64,000 bases of DNA, from the NCBI GenBank assembly GCA_951804945.1, contig OX638157.1, positions 54,126,001 through 54,190,000 of the forward strand, in the 5' to 3' direction. Below the pieces are notes generated by a model. It had not been told where the DNA came from. It did no database searches and saw only the letters and a program-made list of their open reading frames with translations. The stretch comes from Podarcis cretensis (taxonomy: Eukaryota). The position numbers and the translations under genes were made by a program. Of the stretch, positions 52,345-64,000 are shown piece by piece. Positions within the stretch are counted from its first letter, which is position 1, and the number at the start of each line of letters is the position of its first letter.

Positions 52345-52570
52345 GTTTTCTTAGGGGTTGTCGTTTTTGGCATCCATCTGTCTAGAGAGACAATGGAGTG
52401 CGCCTCCCGGGGTGAAGCCAAACAAGTGCAATAGCAGCACCAAAGTGACCTCCCCAGGGCACAAGTGTGTAAGGAGGTCCTGGGCTGCTCAGATGCCCTG
52501 GCCTCACTGATGTGGTCCAGTGGAAAGCAGAGCAATATGTTTGGCATCAGCTTGGCTGCAGGAGTTGCCA
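52345..52570 (-). mobile_element. RTE-related short non-autonomous element
   Basis: Antisense 3' end GGCGCACTCCATTGTCTCTCTAGACAGATGGATGCCAA resembles RTE-type termini (recalled, not searched). Confidence 0.5.
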
Positions 52571-54059
52571 ATCATCTTAGAGACTCCACTCTGGATTTGT
52601 GTAATGTTTACTCCTTAGCCTGTTCTTCTCCCAATTATATGTCACAAGGCAGTGGAGACTAAATAGCTATGAAATTCCTGTAAGACTTCTGTTTTGGAAA
52701 AGTACAACAGATGAAAGTTTAAAGAATGCTGAAAAAGACAGAGAGAGCTAGCTTTTGGGCTCTGAAAGTCAGCTTTCCCCAACTTTGTGCCCTCCAAGTA
52801 TTCTGGAATACAAGTCCCATAATTCATTACCATTGTCCATGCTGGCTGTGGTTGATCTGAGTTGTAATCCAAATACATCTGGAGAGTACTAGGTGGAGAA
52901 GGTTAGGGATCTGTAGCTTAACAATATTTGGGAGTGCTGATTGCCTCCCTGGAGATCTAATGTGGAAGCAGTAGTCTTTGGCTGTCTTTTGGAGTGTTTA
53001 AGCTGGGGCTCTGTCTATGCTCAACTGGTATATTTGTAAATAAAGGCAAATATTTCATAACACCAAGAAGCCTTCTGTCACCTCCTTCCAGAGGTAAGCC
53101 AATCAGGGTAAACACTGCACCTCTGGAACTTTTCACTGTTTGGAAAAGCAGGGCAAGCTTAACAATGCCTTTTCTACTGATGTGGGGCTACCATAGTTGG
53201 ATTTAGCACCAAGATTCCCATAGATCCCTGTTCTGCATTAAAAAACCAAAGCAAACACATCAGCTGGACATGAAAAACTGCCTTTCTCACACAATTCAGG
53301 GACAGCCGTTCTGGATCTGAGTTAAATGTATGCTGCAAATGACAAATTAAGAACATCATTATGCCACCAAATGGATACAAGTAAGCTTTTGATTCATTTC
53401 TGTTCATATTATCCATACCCCAACTCAAAATCATTGCCTGTACAAAATATAGCAATTAAAACAAATTATTATGAATTGGGTCAACTGAGTTTGCTGGCAG
53501 AACTGTCTGAAGATTGAAATGAAAGTTCCCGCACAAGAGAAATTCCTGGTAGAAGAAATTTCTCATAAACATCACCCACAATTTTAGTCATAATTCCCAG
53601 ATTGCTGCTTAAAATAACAGCATTGGGTTTGTGGAATCATTTTCTTTTTCTCAAGGAAGCAGGAAGAAAACTCACAGCAAGTTCTATTTTAAGCAGCTTC
53701 TCTGCTCAGGACAGATTGCCCCCTGCTTCCTCTGAGTAGCAAAAGGGAGGGTAGCCTTGCCAGGATGACAAGGATATCAAACTATCAGCGGCACATGAAA
53801 CATTTTCACAGCCGGGAGCCATCTGGAATGTGTCCACTGCTACCGCAAGTTGTCTCTTAATTGCGGCTGTATGAGGACCAAAACACAACGTTTCTCCTAA
53901 TGCAAACTCAGTTGAACCAGGCACATTTTCCACCACTCTAACCAAACAGGGCTTGATTTTTATCAGGGGCTGTCCAGATAGTACAAACTGTTCTTGTGTG
54001 CTGGGGACCTATACACTAGGAAGCTCCAAATACTGGCTGTTGCCCAGGCAGGCGCATTA

Positions 54060-55060
54060 TGTGACCCACGGGAGCAGCACATAACCAGACTGTACAATGG
54101 TGATGGGATAAAATCAGGCCAAATCTTTATTGACAGCAGCAGGCAGCAGAAAGGTTAGCATGGCAATGGGACAGGATGTGTTCATCATTACACAAGCCTC
54201 ACATTGATGGAATGGACCCAAACCTGTTCCATGGGAGTTGGTCAGTGTTGAACCTTACCATGGTGCATGCTAAACAAGCAAGGTCTCACTGGGCAACCAG
54301 GATGCAGATTCCAACCAGGCAGATATCCCAACCCGAGCTTAGGGGGTGCTGAGGTCAAACCTACCCTCAGACACCTTATGGTCCCTCACTATACTTTGTT
54401 GTTCCAGCCCAATTCCATTTCCACCCTCAACAAACAACGTTCTTCAGCCTAACAAAGGAAGGCCATAATTTTACTGAGGGAAAGGGGGGGGGGGCAAGTG
54501 CCAATCAGGTTGAGAGACAAAAAAATCCTTTTTTGTCCTGCCAACCAGAGACTCAGAATTGCTCAGTGAAGGCCCTAACCTGAGAGTGGGCAGGTGGGAA
54601 GCTTTTGAGAGCCAGTGTGGTGCAGTGGTTAAGAGTGATAGACTGGTAATCTGGTGAACCGGGTTCGCGTCTCCACTCCTCCACATGCAGCTGCTGGGTG
54701 ACCTTGGGCTAGTCACACTTCTTTGAAGTCTCTCCACCTCACTTACCTCACAGAGTGTTTGTTGTGGGGGAGGAAGGGAAAGGAGATTGTTAGCCACTTT
54801 GAGACTCCTTCGGATAGTGATAAAGCAGGATCAAATCCAAACTCCTCCTCTTCTTCTTCTTCTTCTTCTTCAACCAAAATGGCCCTGAGCTCTAGGGGAA
54901 GCAGCCTCATATAGGCTTCCCCCTCCCCTTTTCAAGGGCTCATGGGACAGCTTTTTCCCATGAGCCCATCACATGGACAAGATACTGGGGAAAAGATCCA
55001 ATGTGTTTATTGGCTGGAGAACAAGGCTTATAATGGATTGAATATATGACCCCTAAGCAC
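54060..55060 (-). mobile_element. Divergent member of the 44346-type family, interrupted by a SINE
   Basis: Minus strand reads ATTGG, GGGGAGGGG, TATATGA, [SINE], TCCCACCTGCCC, GGCAGG..AGGATTTTTTTGTC..CTGATTGGC, AATAAAGATTTGGCC. The 5' boundary is uncertain. Confidence 0.55.
54607..54871 (+). mobile_element. tRNA-derived SINE (Squam3-like)
   Basis: GAGAGCCAGTGTGGTGCAGTGGTTAAGAG, GGGTTCGCGTC and a (TTC)n tail. Confidence 0.9.
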
Positions 55061-55167
55061 TCTAGTTGAAATTCCACTTGATGATGCTATGGGGATGAAC
55101 ACATTCATGTGCGTAACAATACTGTTTTTGTTTCTATTTTTATGTGGGTGACAGTGCAGTTCTAGTA

Positions 55168-55405
55168 CAGTCATGCCTTGATACCTTGGTTTTTGAACAG
55201 CTTCATTCTCGAACATTTTGGCTCCTGAATGCCACAAACCTTAAAGTGACTGTTCTGGTTTGTGAACTGTTATTGGAAGCCGAATGTCCGACAGGGCTTC
55301 AGCAGCTTCATGCAGCCAATCGGAAGCCACACTTTGGTTTCTGAACGTTTTGGAAGTCGAACAGACTTCTGGAACGAATTCTATTCGACTTCCGAGGTAC
55401 AACTG
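55168..55405. mobile_element. Tc1/mariner MITE (24546 family), decayed
   Basis: TA|CAGTCATGCCTTG...CGAGGTACAACTG; internal GGAAGCCGAA.GTCCGA shared with 24546. Confidence 0.8.
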
Positions 55406-56164
55406 CAATTGTTTTCTATGGGCCATTAGTCCTAGCTTTGTGTTTGGCAGCGAGCCACACTGGCAATGTCTCGCCTCCACTGTCAAAGGCAGCATGCCTA
55501 TGGATGCTTGTTGCTAGCAATCACAAGTGCTTAGGTCCTGTTTTCAGTTTTTTCCTTGGTGTCTGCTGGCCACTGTGAAAACCAGATGCTGAAATAGATG
55601 GGCCTTTTGTCTGATCCAGGACGCTTTCCTTATGCTCTGCTAGGGCATGTATTTGCTTTATGTAATCTTGGAACAATGATAAATGTTAAATATCCCAGTC
55701 CTAAATCTAGGTCTTTTGGTTACAGCTTGACAAATAGGATTCTAAAAGAGAATTTGGGTCATGTAGATACCAGACTTAACAAAACCCCCTTCTTTGACAT
55801 TAAAATTCCTTCTGCTTTAGCATCTGGTTGAACAATCAAAGAACAATACTTGGCATTATTTTGCTTCCTGGGACAAATTTTATATGCCACATTGCTCTCA
55901 TAATTTTGACACACTTTAATTTGATGGTGTCACAGGGGATAGACAGCTGGATTTATCTTATCCTGTTCAGTCTAGTGGCAGTAAATGCCCCTAAAAAGAA
56001 AATATAAACAATACAAAGGGAACCTGAAGCTGGATTTATCTGCCACTCTGTTCCATGCTCATTAGCTTTGGTTTCATGTTCTAACTTCTGTGACACATGG
56101 ATTCTAATATTGCAGGTTCCCAGAGCAAATTTTGGAGACAAATGTCATAAAACAACAATCTGTA

Positions 56165-56614
56165 TAGAGACAGGAGGAGAAATCTGGTTCACCTTTAAAG
56201 GCAAACTTACTTAACTTGCACTTCCTGAAACAATATACCAATTGAAACACAGCCATTCTTCAAAATCCACAATTTTCTGAATGTTGCAATGCAGATCTCC
56301 AGCCATGTAGTCTTTACAAGATTGCATTTACTAGGGTAAAAATGTGTAATAAATTGCACATAGTTCTGAAAATAACATGAAAAATTGCAAACAAGTGTAT
56401 AGTAGGAAAAAAAATTATTTGAAATGCTGGTGAATTATTCAATGACTTAATCTCTACACACAACAACAACAACAACAACACACAACAACACACAACAACA
56501 CACAACAACACACACCACACATATACCCCAAACTGACTTAGAAATATGCTGAACAGAAGACTGGAAAAATGAGAAACTGAGAGAAAACCAAATTGGCCCA
56601 TTCACCCATTCTTA
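56165..56614. mobile_element. hAT-like MITE (TAGGGATG-TIR family) with an internal (AAC/ACAC)n expansion
   Basis: GGAGGAGAAATC...GAAAAATGAGAAACTGAGAGAA...CATTCTTA. Confidence 0.7.
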
Positions 56615-56729
56615 CTTCTGTGGTAAATAAAGTCATTCAAGGGAATATGCAAGAACATTAATCATTCTCATGTGTGGCAGGAGATTCAGATACAGCATGT
56701 AAGTGCAAATAAATCCAATTGTGCATTGC

Positions 56730-56748
56730 TTTTCTTTCTTTCTTTCCT

Positions 56749-56788
<40 letters not shown>
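56730..56788. repeat. (TTTC)n microsatellite
   Basis: Direct read. Confidence 0.95.
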
Positions 56789-57194
56789 GGGAGCTCATGA
56801 AAGCTTCAGCATACTCTTGTGCTTACCATCTGCAAGTCAATAATTATTTGTCAATAATTCATATTTTAGAATAGAGCTTGTGTTAAGCAGGGATTATAGG
56901 ATTACATAAGGCTGCCTTCTTAAGGCAGGTCAGGGGGTTCAGCATCAGAATAGAATTTAATTAGCACTTCCTGAAGAACTTTCTCTTGGAATGAGTGGCT
57001 GTTGTGTTTTTCCCCCTTGAGGGATAGGCAAAGTGTTTGCTGGGGACATGTAAGTTTATCATGAGAACAAAAGTATGAAAGCAATAATTTTTAAATTCCA
57101 AAATCCACAGTAGTGCAGCCAAACAAAACAGTGAACGAGCTTTTGAATTCTACAGACCTCTTTACTAGGCTGGATGCTAAGGAAAACGGATAGG

Positions 57195-57756
57195 TAGAAA
57201 TGGGCGAGTAATTTGATTCAGTTTGCAGGTGAAGGTGAAGCTACCTAATTCACACTTTCTGAATCAATAAGCAAAACAAACTCAGCCATCCTTTAATAAT
57301 AATAATATAATAATAATTTTTATTTATACCCCGCCAAGGCCAGGCTCAGGGCGGCTAACAAGCAATAATAAAAACAAGTTGAATGAACTTAAAAACAAGA
57401 TTATGCTTTGACATACATACATATCTGAAATTTGCAATGCAGTTCTCTAGCCAAGTAATGTGTACAAAACAGCATATACTATAATACAGTGTGTATATAA
57501 ATGTATATAGTAGTGAAAATTAGATACCAAATGCATTCTATATGGGGAAATGGATTTGGAAAATTGTGTATATTGGAGAAAATTGCATATAAACATGTGT
57601 ATTGTAGGAGGAATCTGCACAAGCAAGCTAACAAATGTTTGTGAAAACTTGGAATTGTTTTTTTAGGAACTGCTGTAGAATTGTGAAGAATAGAACTTAT
57701 CATTGGGAAAATGAGAAGCTGAGAGAAACTGAAATTAACAGAATGAGCCATCCCTA
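57195..57756. mobile_element. hAT-like MITE (TAGGGATG-TIR family) containing an L2 tail
   Basis: Ends GAAATTAACAGAATGAGCCATCCCTA; family-typical body. Confidence 0.75.
57295..57405 (-). mobile_element. Young L2 3' tail
   Basis: Reverse complement is close to 14060-14170 (ACAAGCAATAATAAAAACAAGTTGAATGA, TTTATTTATACCCCGCC). Confidence 0.85.
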
Positions 57757-58069
57757 ATGCTAGTTGGGAGGGGATAGAGGAGACGGGGGAAGCTGGTTTA
57801 GTGTTAAAGCCATTGGTCTCAGTGTTGAAAGGGAGTGTAGATTAGATTACCTAATTAGATTAATCTCTCCTAGATGCTGCACAGGTTTAGAGGCAGCCTT
57901 AAAATATGTTAGCTGAGAAGACAAAGTGGAGTTAGGCTACATTCATACCATACAATGCAAGCACATGGCTTTGCCCAAAGAATCATGGGAACTGTAGTTT
58001 ACCCCTGACAAAACTACAATTCCTAGAAATCTTAAACCATAGTTCTTGGCATTCTCTGGTAGAGCTATG

Positions 58070-58843
58070 TTGTGGTTCGAGGACCCGAACCCCACGCAGT
58101 GGAATGAAACACAAGGACACGTGATATAAGGTTAATGGGCAAGAAAAGGCCACAACTTTATTGATTACACAAGTGAAAAGGTATTGGCTTAGGCATTGGA
58201 TTACATCAGCTGACTCCACCCACTCGGAGAGGGGTGAGTCTAAAAAACAAAGTGGGTTTATTCACCAGTAGGTGGAGCCTGTTGATGCTAATCCAACTAT
58301 AAGCTCTCCCCTGATGTCACCGAGGGTCGTCCCATGGCCTCCCGCCAAGCAGGCATCGGACGGAATACATGACCGCTGGATTCCTTTAACGGAATACCCA
58401 AAAATTGAAGGCGCAGGCGATGGCCACACCTAGCCCTTCGACACACCACAACACATTATTCCAATGCCTAACCTACCCACCAATACCACAAAAGTTGTGA
58501 CGATTGCTACAAGGTAGGCGAAAAAACCAAAAAAGCCTAATGCCAAATGGAAAAATTCCTACCAGGCCCCCCGGACAACCAGGACGACCAACCTAAGGTC
58601 CATAGCAAGGCCAAAAGAAAACTGGAAACCCTGCTCTAAGGGAGTGGAGGGTGGGTGACTCGCGATGGGACAACGAAAAGTGAGGGCTGGAGGCTGGCGC
58701 TGCAGCAATTTAGGCTGCTGTACACGTCCCCTTGAAGGCGCCAGCCAGGTGAGTGGGAGGCAGGGGGCAAACGCCCCCTGCTTGAGGCGGAGTCCGGCTC
58801 CCAGCCACAACCACTCCCCTCTCTTGCAGGAGGAGAGTCTTTC
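58070..58843 (-). mobile_element. Non-coding LTR-like element, probably a DIRS/Ngaro-type solo repeat, with a structured-RNA core
   Basis: Minus strand reads GAAAG plus hairpin, TCACCCACCC, CCTTGCTATG, GGCCTGGTAGGAATTTTTCCA, GTAGCAATCGTCACAACTT, GGTTAGGCATTGG, TTCCGTTAAAGGAATCC, CCAATGCCTAA, AATAAAGTTGTGGCC, CCTCGAACCACAA. Inserted without a TSD into a MITE (57935-58869). Confidence 0.75.
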
Positions 58844-59802
58844 TATAAATGTGTGGTGTGGAAGTAGCCCTCGCGCACATGCGTTTGTTGCTTTTCTCTG
58901 GGAAAATTGAATGCTGCAAAAGGTTTTCTTAAAAAATAAATAAATTAGGTGCAAGTTCCAGATCTTTATTCGGTGGTACAAATGAGGCCATTTAGTTTCA
59001 TGCAGCACTGCCCGATCTTCTAGTGTTCCTGGGCAGATCTACACAGTGCTGTCCTCTATCTCCACACGTAAACTGGACTGTGCAAGCTCTTATTACCTGA
59101 ATATATTTACAGTCATCGTTCCGTGATGTTTCAATCCCCATCTGCTACAGTTGAAAAGAGAACAAAGTGTGGGTTAATTTCCTACAGCTGGATGCCTGCA
59201 CCTTTCCCTCAGCTAATTAGCATTGGCCCAAGGGACAGAGAAAAAAGGTGTCTCCAAGGCAAAAATCTAAACTCCCTTCTGACATGCCAGATGCACAGGA
59301 AAACGATGCAGTCTAGGAATCCAGAGCACATGAGAAAATATAGTTGTGTTTATTCCTATACTAACCTAGTTGCAAGGACAATAATATAAATCATTGCAAC
59401 CTTCTTCTAACCCAGTTATTGGCTCAGTCTTATTCTGGAGTGTTAGACCTTTAGGCTGCATCGACACCTACATTCAAGTCATGTTTTTCCCCAAAGAATC
59501 CTTGGAAGTATAATTCACCCTTCACAGGGCTACCATTCCCAGCATCCTTAACAAACTACAGTTTCCAGGATTCATGTGGGTGCTTTAAATATATGGTGCC
59601 TGACCCAAAAAGGCACAAAGGTCATGTGGCCGCAGTCCTCCCTAGTGTGGAGAGACGTATTGTATTTCTCTTCAAATTATAGTAATTATGTCTAAGTTTG
59701 CATCCACCTATAAATTAGTACATGGACAAATCTGTGTCCTCTATTGTCTTCTTCTTTTTGGTTGATGCCTTTCCGCTTTCCTTTTTTCCTCCGGCAATGC
59801 AT

Positions 59803-60226
59803 AAAGGACCCCTGGACGGTTAAGTCCAGTCAAAGGCGACTATGGGGGTGCGGCGCTCATCTCGCTTTCAGTCCAAATACAGCTTTCCAGGTCATGTGGC
59901 CAGCATGACTAAACTGTTTCTGGCACAATGGGACACCATGACGGAAACCAGAGAGCACGGAAATGACATTTACCTTCCCGCCACAGTGATACCTATTTAT
60001 CTACTCACACTGGTGTGCTTTCAAACTGCTAGGTTCCCTGTGGAACACCCTCCCATCAGATGTCAAAGGAATAAACAACTATCTGACGTTTAGAAGACAT
60101 CTGAAGGCAGCCCTGTTTAGGGAAGTTTTTTAATGACTTATGCTTTAATGTATTTTTAATCTCCTGTTGGAAGCCGCCAAGAGTGGCTGGGGAGACCCAG
60201 CCAAATGGGCGGGGTATAAGTTATAA

Positions 60227-60269
<43 letters not shown>

Positions 60270-60383
60270 GGTTGGCAGGAGCTGGGACAGAGCAATGGGA
60301 GCTCACCCCATCACGGGGATTCAAACTGCTGACCTGATTGGCAAGTCCAAGAGGCTCAGTGGTTTAGACCACAGCGCCACCTA
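59803..60383 (-). mobile_element. Sauria SINE interrupted by an L2 tail
   Basis: AAAGGACCCCTGGACGG...CACAGCGCCACC; flanks CAATGCATAA/CATTGCATAA. Confidence 0.88.
60036..60267 (+). mobile_element. L2 LINE 3' fragment nested in a SINE
   Basis: LWNTLP...TFRRHLKAALF; GGGCGGGGTATAA..(ATT)n tail; 6-bp TSD TAGGTT (60030-60035 / 60268-60273). Confidence 0.88.
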
Positions 60384-63189
60384 CATTGCATAAGCCACCC
60401 AAAAACACACGAACTCCAGGACCCAACCTCGAGCGCACCCATGGACAACAGGTTCCCAGTGCACACTATGATCAGCCTTGTAGTGTTTTCCTTTCGTTTT
60501 CCTTTCATAAGGGCTGCAGAGAAGTTCAAATGGCCCCAGGTGAGCTTGCATCCCACTGCAGAGCAAGGTGATGGATAAATTCCAGGTGCCAACAAAGACG
60601 CCAGCCTCAGCATTCCACAAAATGGGAATTGCTGCTACGTTGAGTCTTCCTTCCTTTATTTAACTCCCCATCAAAATCACTCTAGTAGGAGTGAACCGAG
60701 CTATTGAAGCCTGTGGAGGATTCTTTCTTTCTCTTGTACTCAACAGTTCTCCTCCCTAATTCAGTCAGGCACTGACCTAAAGCCACAGCATAGCTTTCTC
60801 TCTGCTTCTCAGCACAGATCATTTTAATCCCATGTATAACTAACTGAATAGATAGACCTTAATGGCTCCAAGGGAACCATTATAGTTCATGCTGTCATGT
60901 CTGGTTGATGTACATGTGAACAGTGCCTTTGCTAAAAGACCTGATGCATTCAGTTCCTAATGCACTATAGCAGCCAGCATTTTCACTCAAGTCGCAGGCT
61001 GCCTATGAATGTCATGTTTTCTGGCCACCTACTTTTGTAGATGCTCTCACATATTCTGGGCCTGGCCAGTTTTGGTGTGAGTGTGTGTGTCCGGAAACCC
61101 TCCAAAGTTAGGTTTTTGACAATGATTCCAAAAAAGCTGTATCAGGAACTCAGAAACAGCCTGATCCTATGTGGATTTAGGCAGACTTACACTTTTTGAA
61201 ATAAATGGGCTTATGTATATTGATGCTACTGAAAACTGATCAGGCAGGCTAAACTGTACTACTGATATATATGCATATATTTTTTGCCTGTAATAAAGAA
61301 CATTATAGGCCCCAATCAACAGTGATAATGTTCACTATTCAATCTCAGTATCTCTTCTCTAACTTTGATGTGATACAATATTTAACTTTCAATGCAGTTG
61401 AGGTTCTTGTTATTATTGTTGTTTTTAAAAAACAAACTATTAAAATGTTAACTACCATAATGCAGTCTGGCAAAAAAAAAAAAAAGATAAGGTCTTAATC
61501 TCCTCCAGCCCCCAAACTACTACTTCATTTAATATTTTTTAAATGACGATATGGAAGGAGAATAGTCACACCTCCACCAAGAGTTCCACAACTGGAGTGC
61601 CACAGCAGAGAAGGCCCTGCCCTGTGTCCCCTCAGAATGAGTCTCAGATGTTGATAGGATCACAAGCAGATCTTACGACACTGACCAGCAAGCAATGGGA
61701 GATATGCTTCTTTAGGTACAGGTAACTGGGTCTTTAGCAACAACTTTTGCAAACACACTGACACATTCTTGGGTGAAGAGCACTTTCCCAATGACTTTTC
61801 ATTGCTGACCAGTTTGGTAAATCCTGGGATAGATGATTTTAGGACCTCACTGGTGCATTCTGTCAATGCTGGACTGGTCAGGTACCAATATTCACTGTTC
61901 CCAAGGTCAGGGAGAAAAAAGTAGTCTCCTATAAACCACTCAAGGTGATGGAGTTCACCCAGGGTTGAAAGGAGGGATATTTCCCTCTTATAGTTAGTCT
62001 GGCGGCCTGTATTTTTATAGATAGGATGATCAGCTGCAGTGCTTAATCATTTTAGATAATGGGCTGGAGAATATAACATTTAACCATTATTTTGTTTCTC
62101 AAATCTGAGTCCATGTGCATTGGCCCAATCTATGCAAAGACCTTCAATAAAGAGAAAAAATTCCTCTTCACATAGCCTTATTTCTCTATTCCATATCAAA
62201 GCGGGGGCAAGTAACTGGTGGGAGTTCCATTCTCTGAAAATATGAAACTATGATATGAAACCATGCGAGATTGTGGTTAATATTCTGTAAGGAATGTGAT
62301 TACTGTTTTAGCCTGACAAAACAAATAGTGTGCAAATCTCGGCTGAATTCTCACCAAAAGTGTGTTTTCTTTCCTTTTCTGAAAGGAAGGCATTTATCAT
62401 ACCTGTATTGGATACAAATGCACAAAAGGGCATCCCTTGCCAATCAGACATTGAAACCAGTTTTTATAGGCTTCCACATCTATTATTTTGTTCCCAGGAG
62501 CTGCAATAAAACAGATAACGCTGTAAAGCTAATGATTTTTAAAGAATAATTTGCAGCAGATGTTTGCTCTCTCCAATGCACACAAGAGCCCCACGTAAAT
62601 GTGCAATATCTCCTCTGACTTGCAACATTCTCTGCAGGTTGCGGTATAATTTTGTCTAATTGGAAAGAATGTGTGATCATTTGAATTTTATTCTGTGGGA
62701 TAGAAGTGCTATGATCTGTGGAGGTTCGTGAGGCAAAGAAGCCAATTCCTTTCCTGAACCCACACGCTCCCAGTGGCACTTACCTTCAAATATTTCACCT
62801 CTCCTTTTTATACAAGAACCTCAGGGGTGTGCAGCATTTTAAGAGCACACCTAAAAGGCAGAGGTATATTTATGGTGTCTGCCACCCCCAGGCAGAACAT
62901 TTTTTTTAGTCCATAGAGAAACTATTTAGCCTTGCTTGAAGTATTAACTGACATTCAGACACCAGGGAGGCTCAGGAACACACATTCCTAGACAGGCACT
63001 CTGTTATCCCCTCTTCCAGAAGCTGCTTTGCCTCCCCAAGAAGGCAGGATGTGGAAGGGTTATCAGGTGAAGACAGAGTGTAGTAGGGTCCCCATAAAGT
63101 TAGCAGGAGAAGGTGCCCCCTGCCCAATTGAGTCTGCATTACCTGAGAGTAAGCCTTGTTGAATATGGTGGGGCAGACTTCTGCATTAA

Positions 63190-63698
63190 TGTCAGTGACT
63201 GGGCAGAGGAGGAATGGTGGAGACCACCTCCCTATCCTGACCCTTCCAGGGAGGAAGAAGAGGAAGACAGTATAGATTTACAACAGGGGTTTGAGGGAGG
63301 TCACAGCTCAGAGGCAGATGAGGGGGGAAACTGGGAAATAATGGGAGAGGAGGAAGAAGAAGAAGCACCACCAGGGGAATGGCAGCTGATGGACTCAGTG
63401 TCTTTAGAGAGCATTACAGAACCTCTTCCAGAACCCGGCAAGCCTTGAAAGTAGTAGAGCAAAGGACTCAGAAGCAAAAGGCCCTTAGCACCACCTGCAG
63501 GGGAGGTGACAAATGAGGAAGTGCAATTAAAAGGGGATGGAAAGTCACCATTATTCCAAGAGGCTGCAGTCCAAGCCTCTCTCTGTAAATATTGAATAAA
63601 AAGCAGAGGGTAAGGACTTTTCCTTGTCTTACAGGCAAAAGCTGCATTTTCAGGTAGGCCCCAAAATCAGCCCTTGGTGCCCTGACCCATGGGTCACA
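63190..63698 (+). mobile_element. Probable solo LTR (Gypsy-like); right end uncertain (63633 or 63698)
   Basis: Starts TGTCAG like 3885 and 9577; purine-rich coding-like 5' half; AATAAA at 63595; no TSD found. Confidence 0.6.
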
Positions 63699-64000
63699 GT
63701 TTTCGTCTGATTCATTTGAAAACTGTGTGAAACACCTGCAAAAAAAAAAAATGTTGTGTAGCTTTCAGCTAGACTGAATTCATTACCATGCAATGTGAAA
63801 TAAAGTGCAAGTCTCTTTAGTGACCATTTAAATGCATATGTTTATTGGGGCTTATTTTGCTATGTGTACTTTAAAACAAATGGAAAGTTATTTTCATCTC
63901 AAAAAGCAGGTTGATTGAAACTCATTTCAGCTAGAAGTTCCATGTGCAAGAACCAAGGAGCAGGACAATGCTAATATTCAGCCCTCTGTGTTCCCCCAAA

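Overview
This is non-coding vertebrate genomic DNA, almost certainly from a squamate and probably a lacertid lizard, judged by its Sauria/Squam1-type and Squam3-like SINEs, BovB, young L2, CR1, RTE and lizard-type MITEs. I recognised no host protein-coding exon, rRNA, tRNA gene or CRISPR array. The longer ORFs in the track come from TEs (L2 RT, RTE, BovB, solo LTRs) or are spurious. The window is a mosaic of nested TEs, separated by TE-free, TAAT/ATTA-rich blocks that resemble conserved non-coding elements in a large intron or gene desert. There is one assembly gap (31838-32022). Two things stand out. (1) A family of roughly 0.8-1 kb non-coding elements without TSDs, at 44346-45159 (+), 58070-58843 (-), a divergent copy at about 54060-55060 (-) and a 3' fragment at about 47960-48180 (+). 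They are probably DIRS/Ngaro-type repeats. Their copies diverge in sequence but keep a promoter, a U-rich internal loop resembling an ENE (poly(A) triple-helix element), and long-range stems that would bring the poly(A) site next to that loop. (2) Three dissimilar TG...CA solo LTRs all carry a reading frame in the same register from LTR nt 2, encoding an acidic tract, an S-P-x-x-R-R-like motif and a basic tail. TE family names come from recalled consensus motifs, not from a database search.
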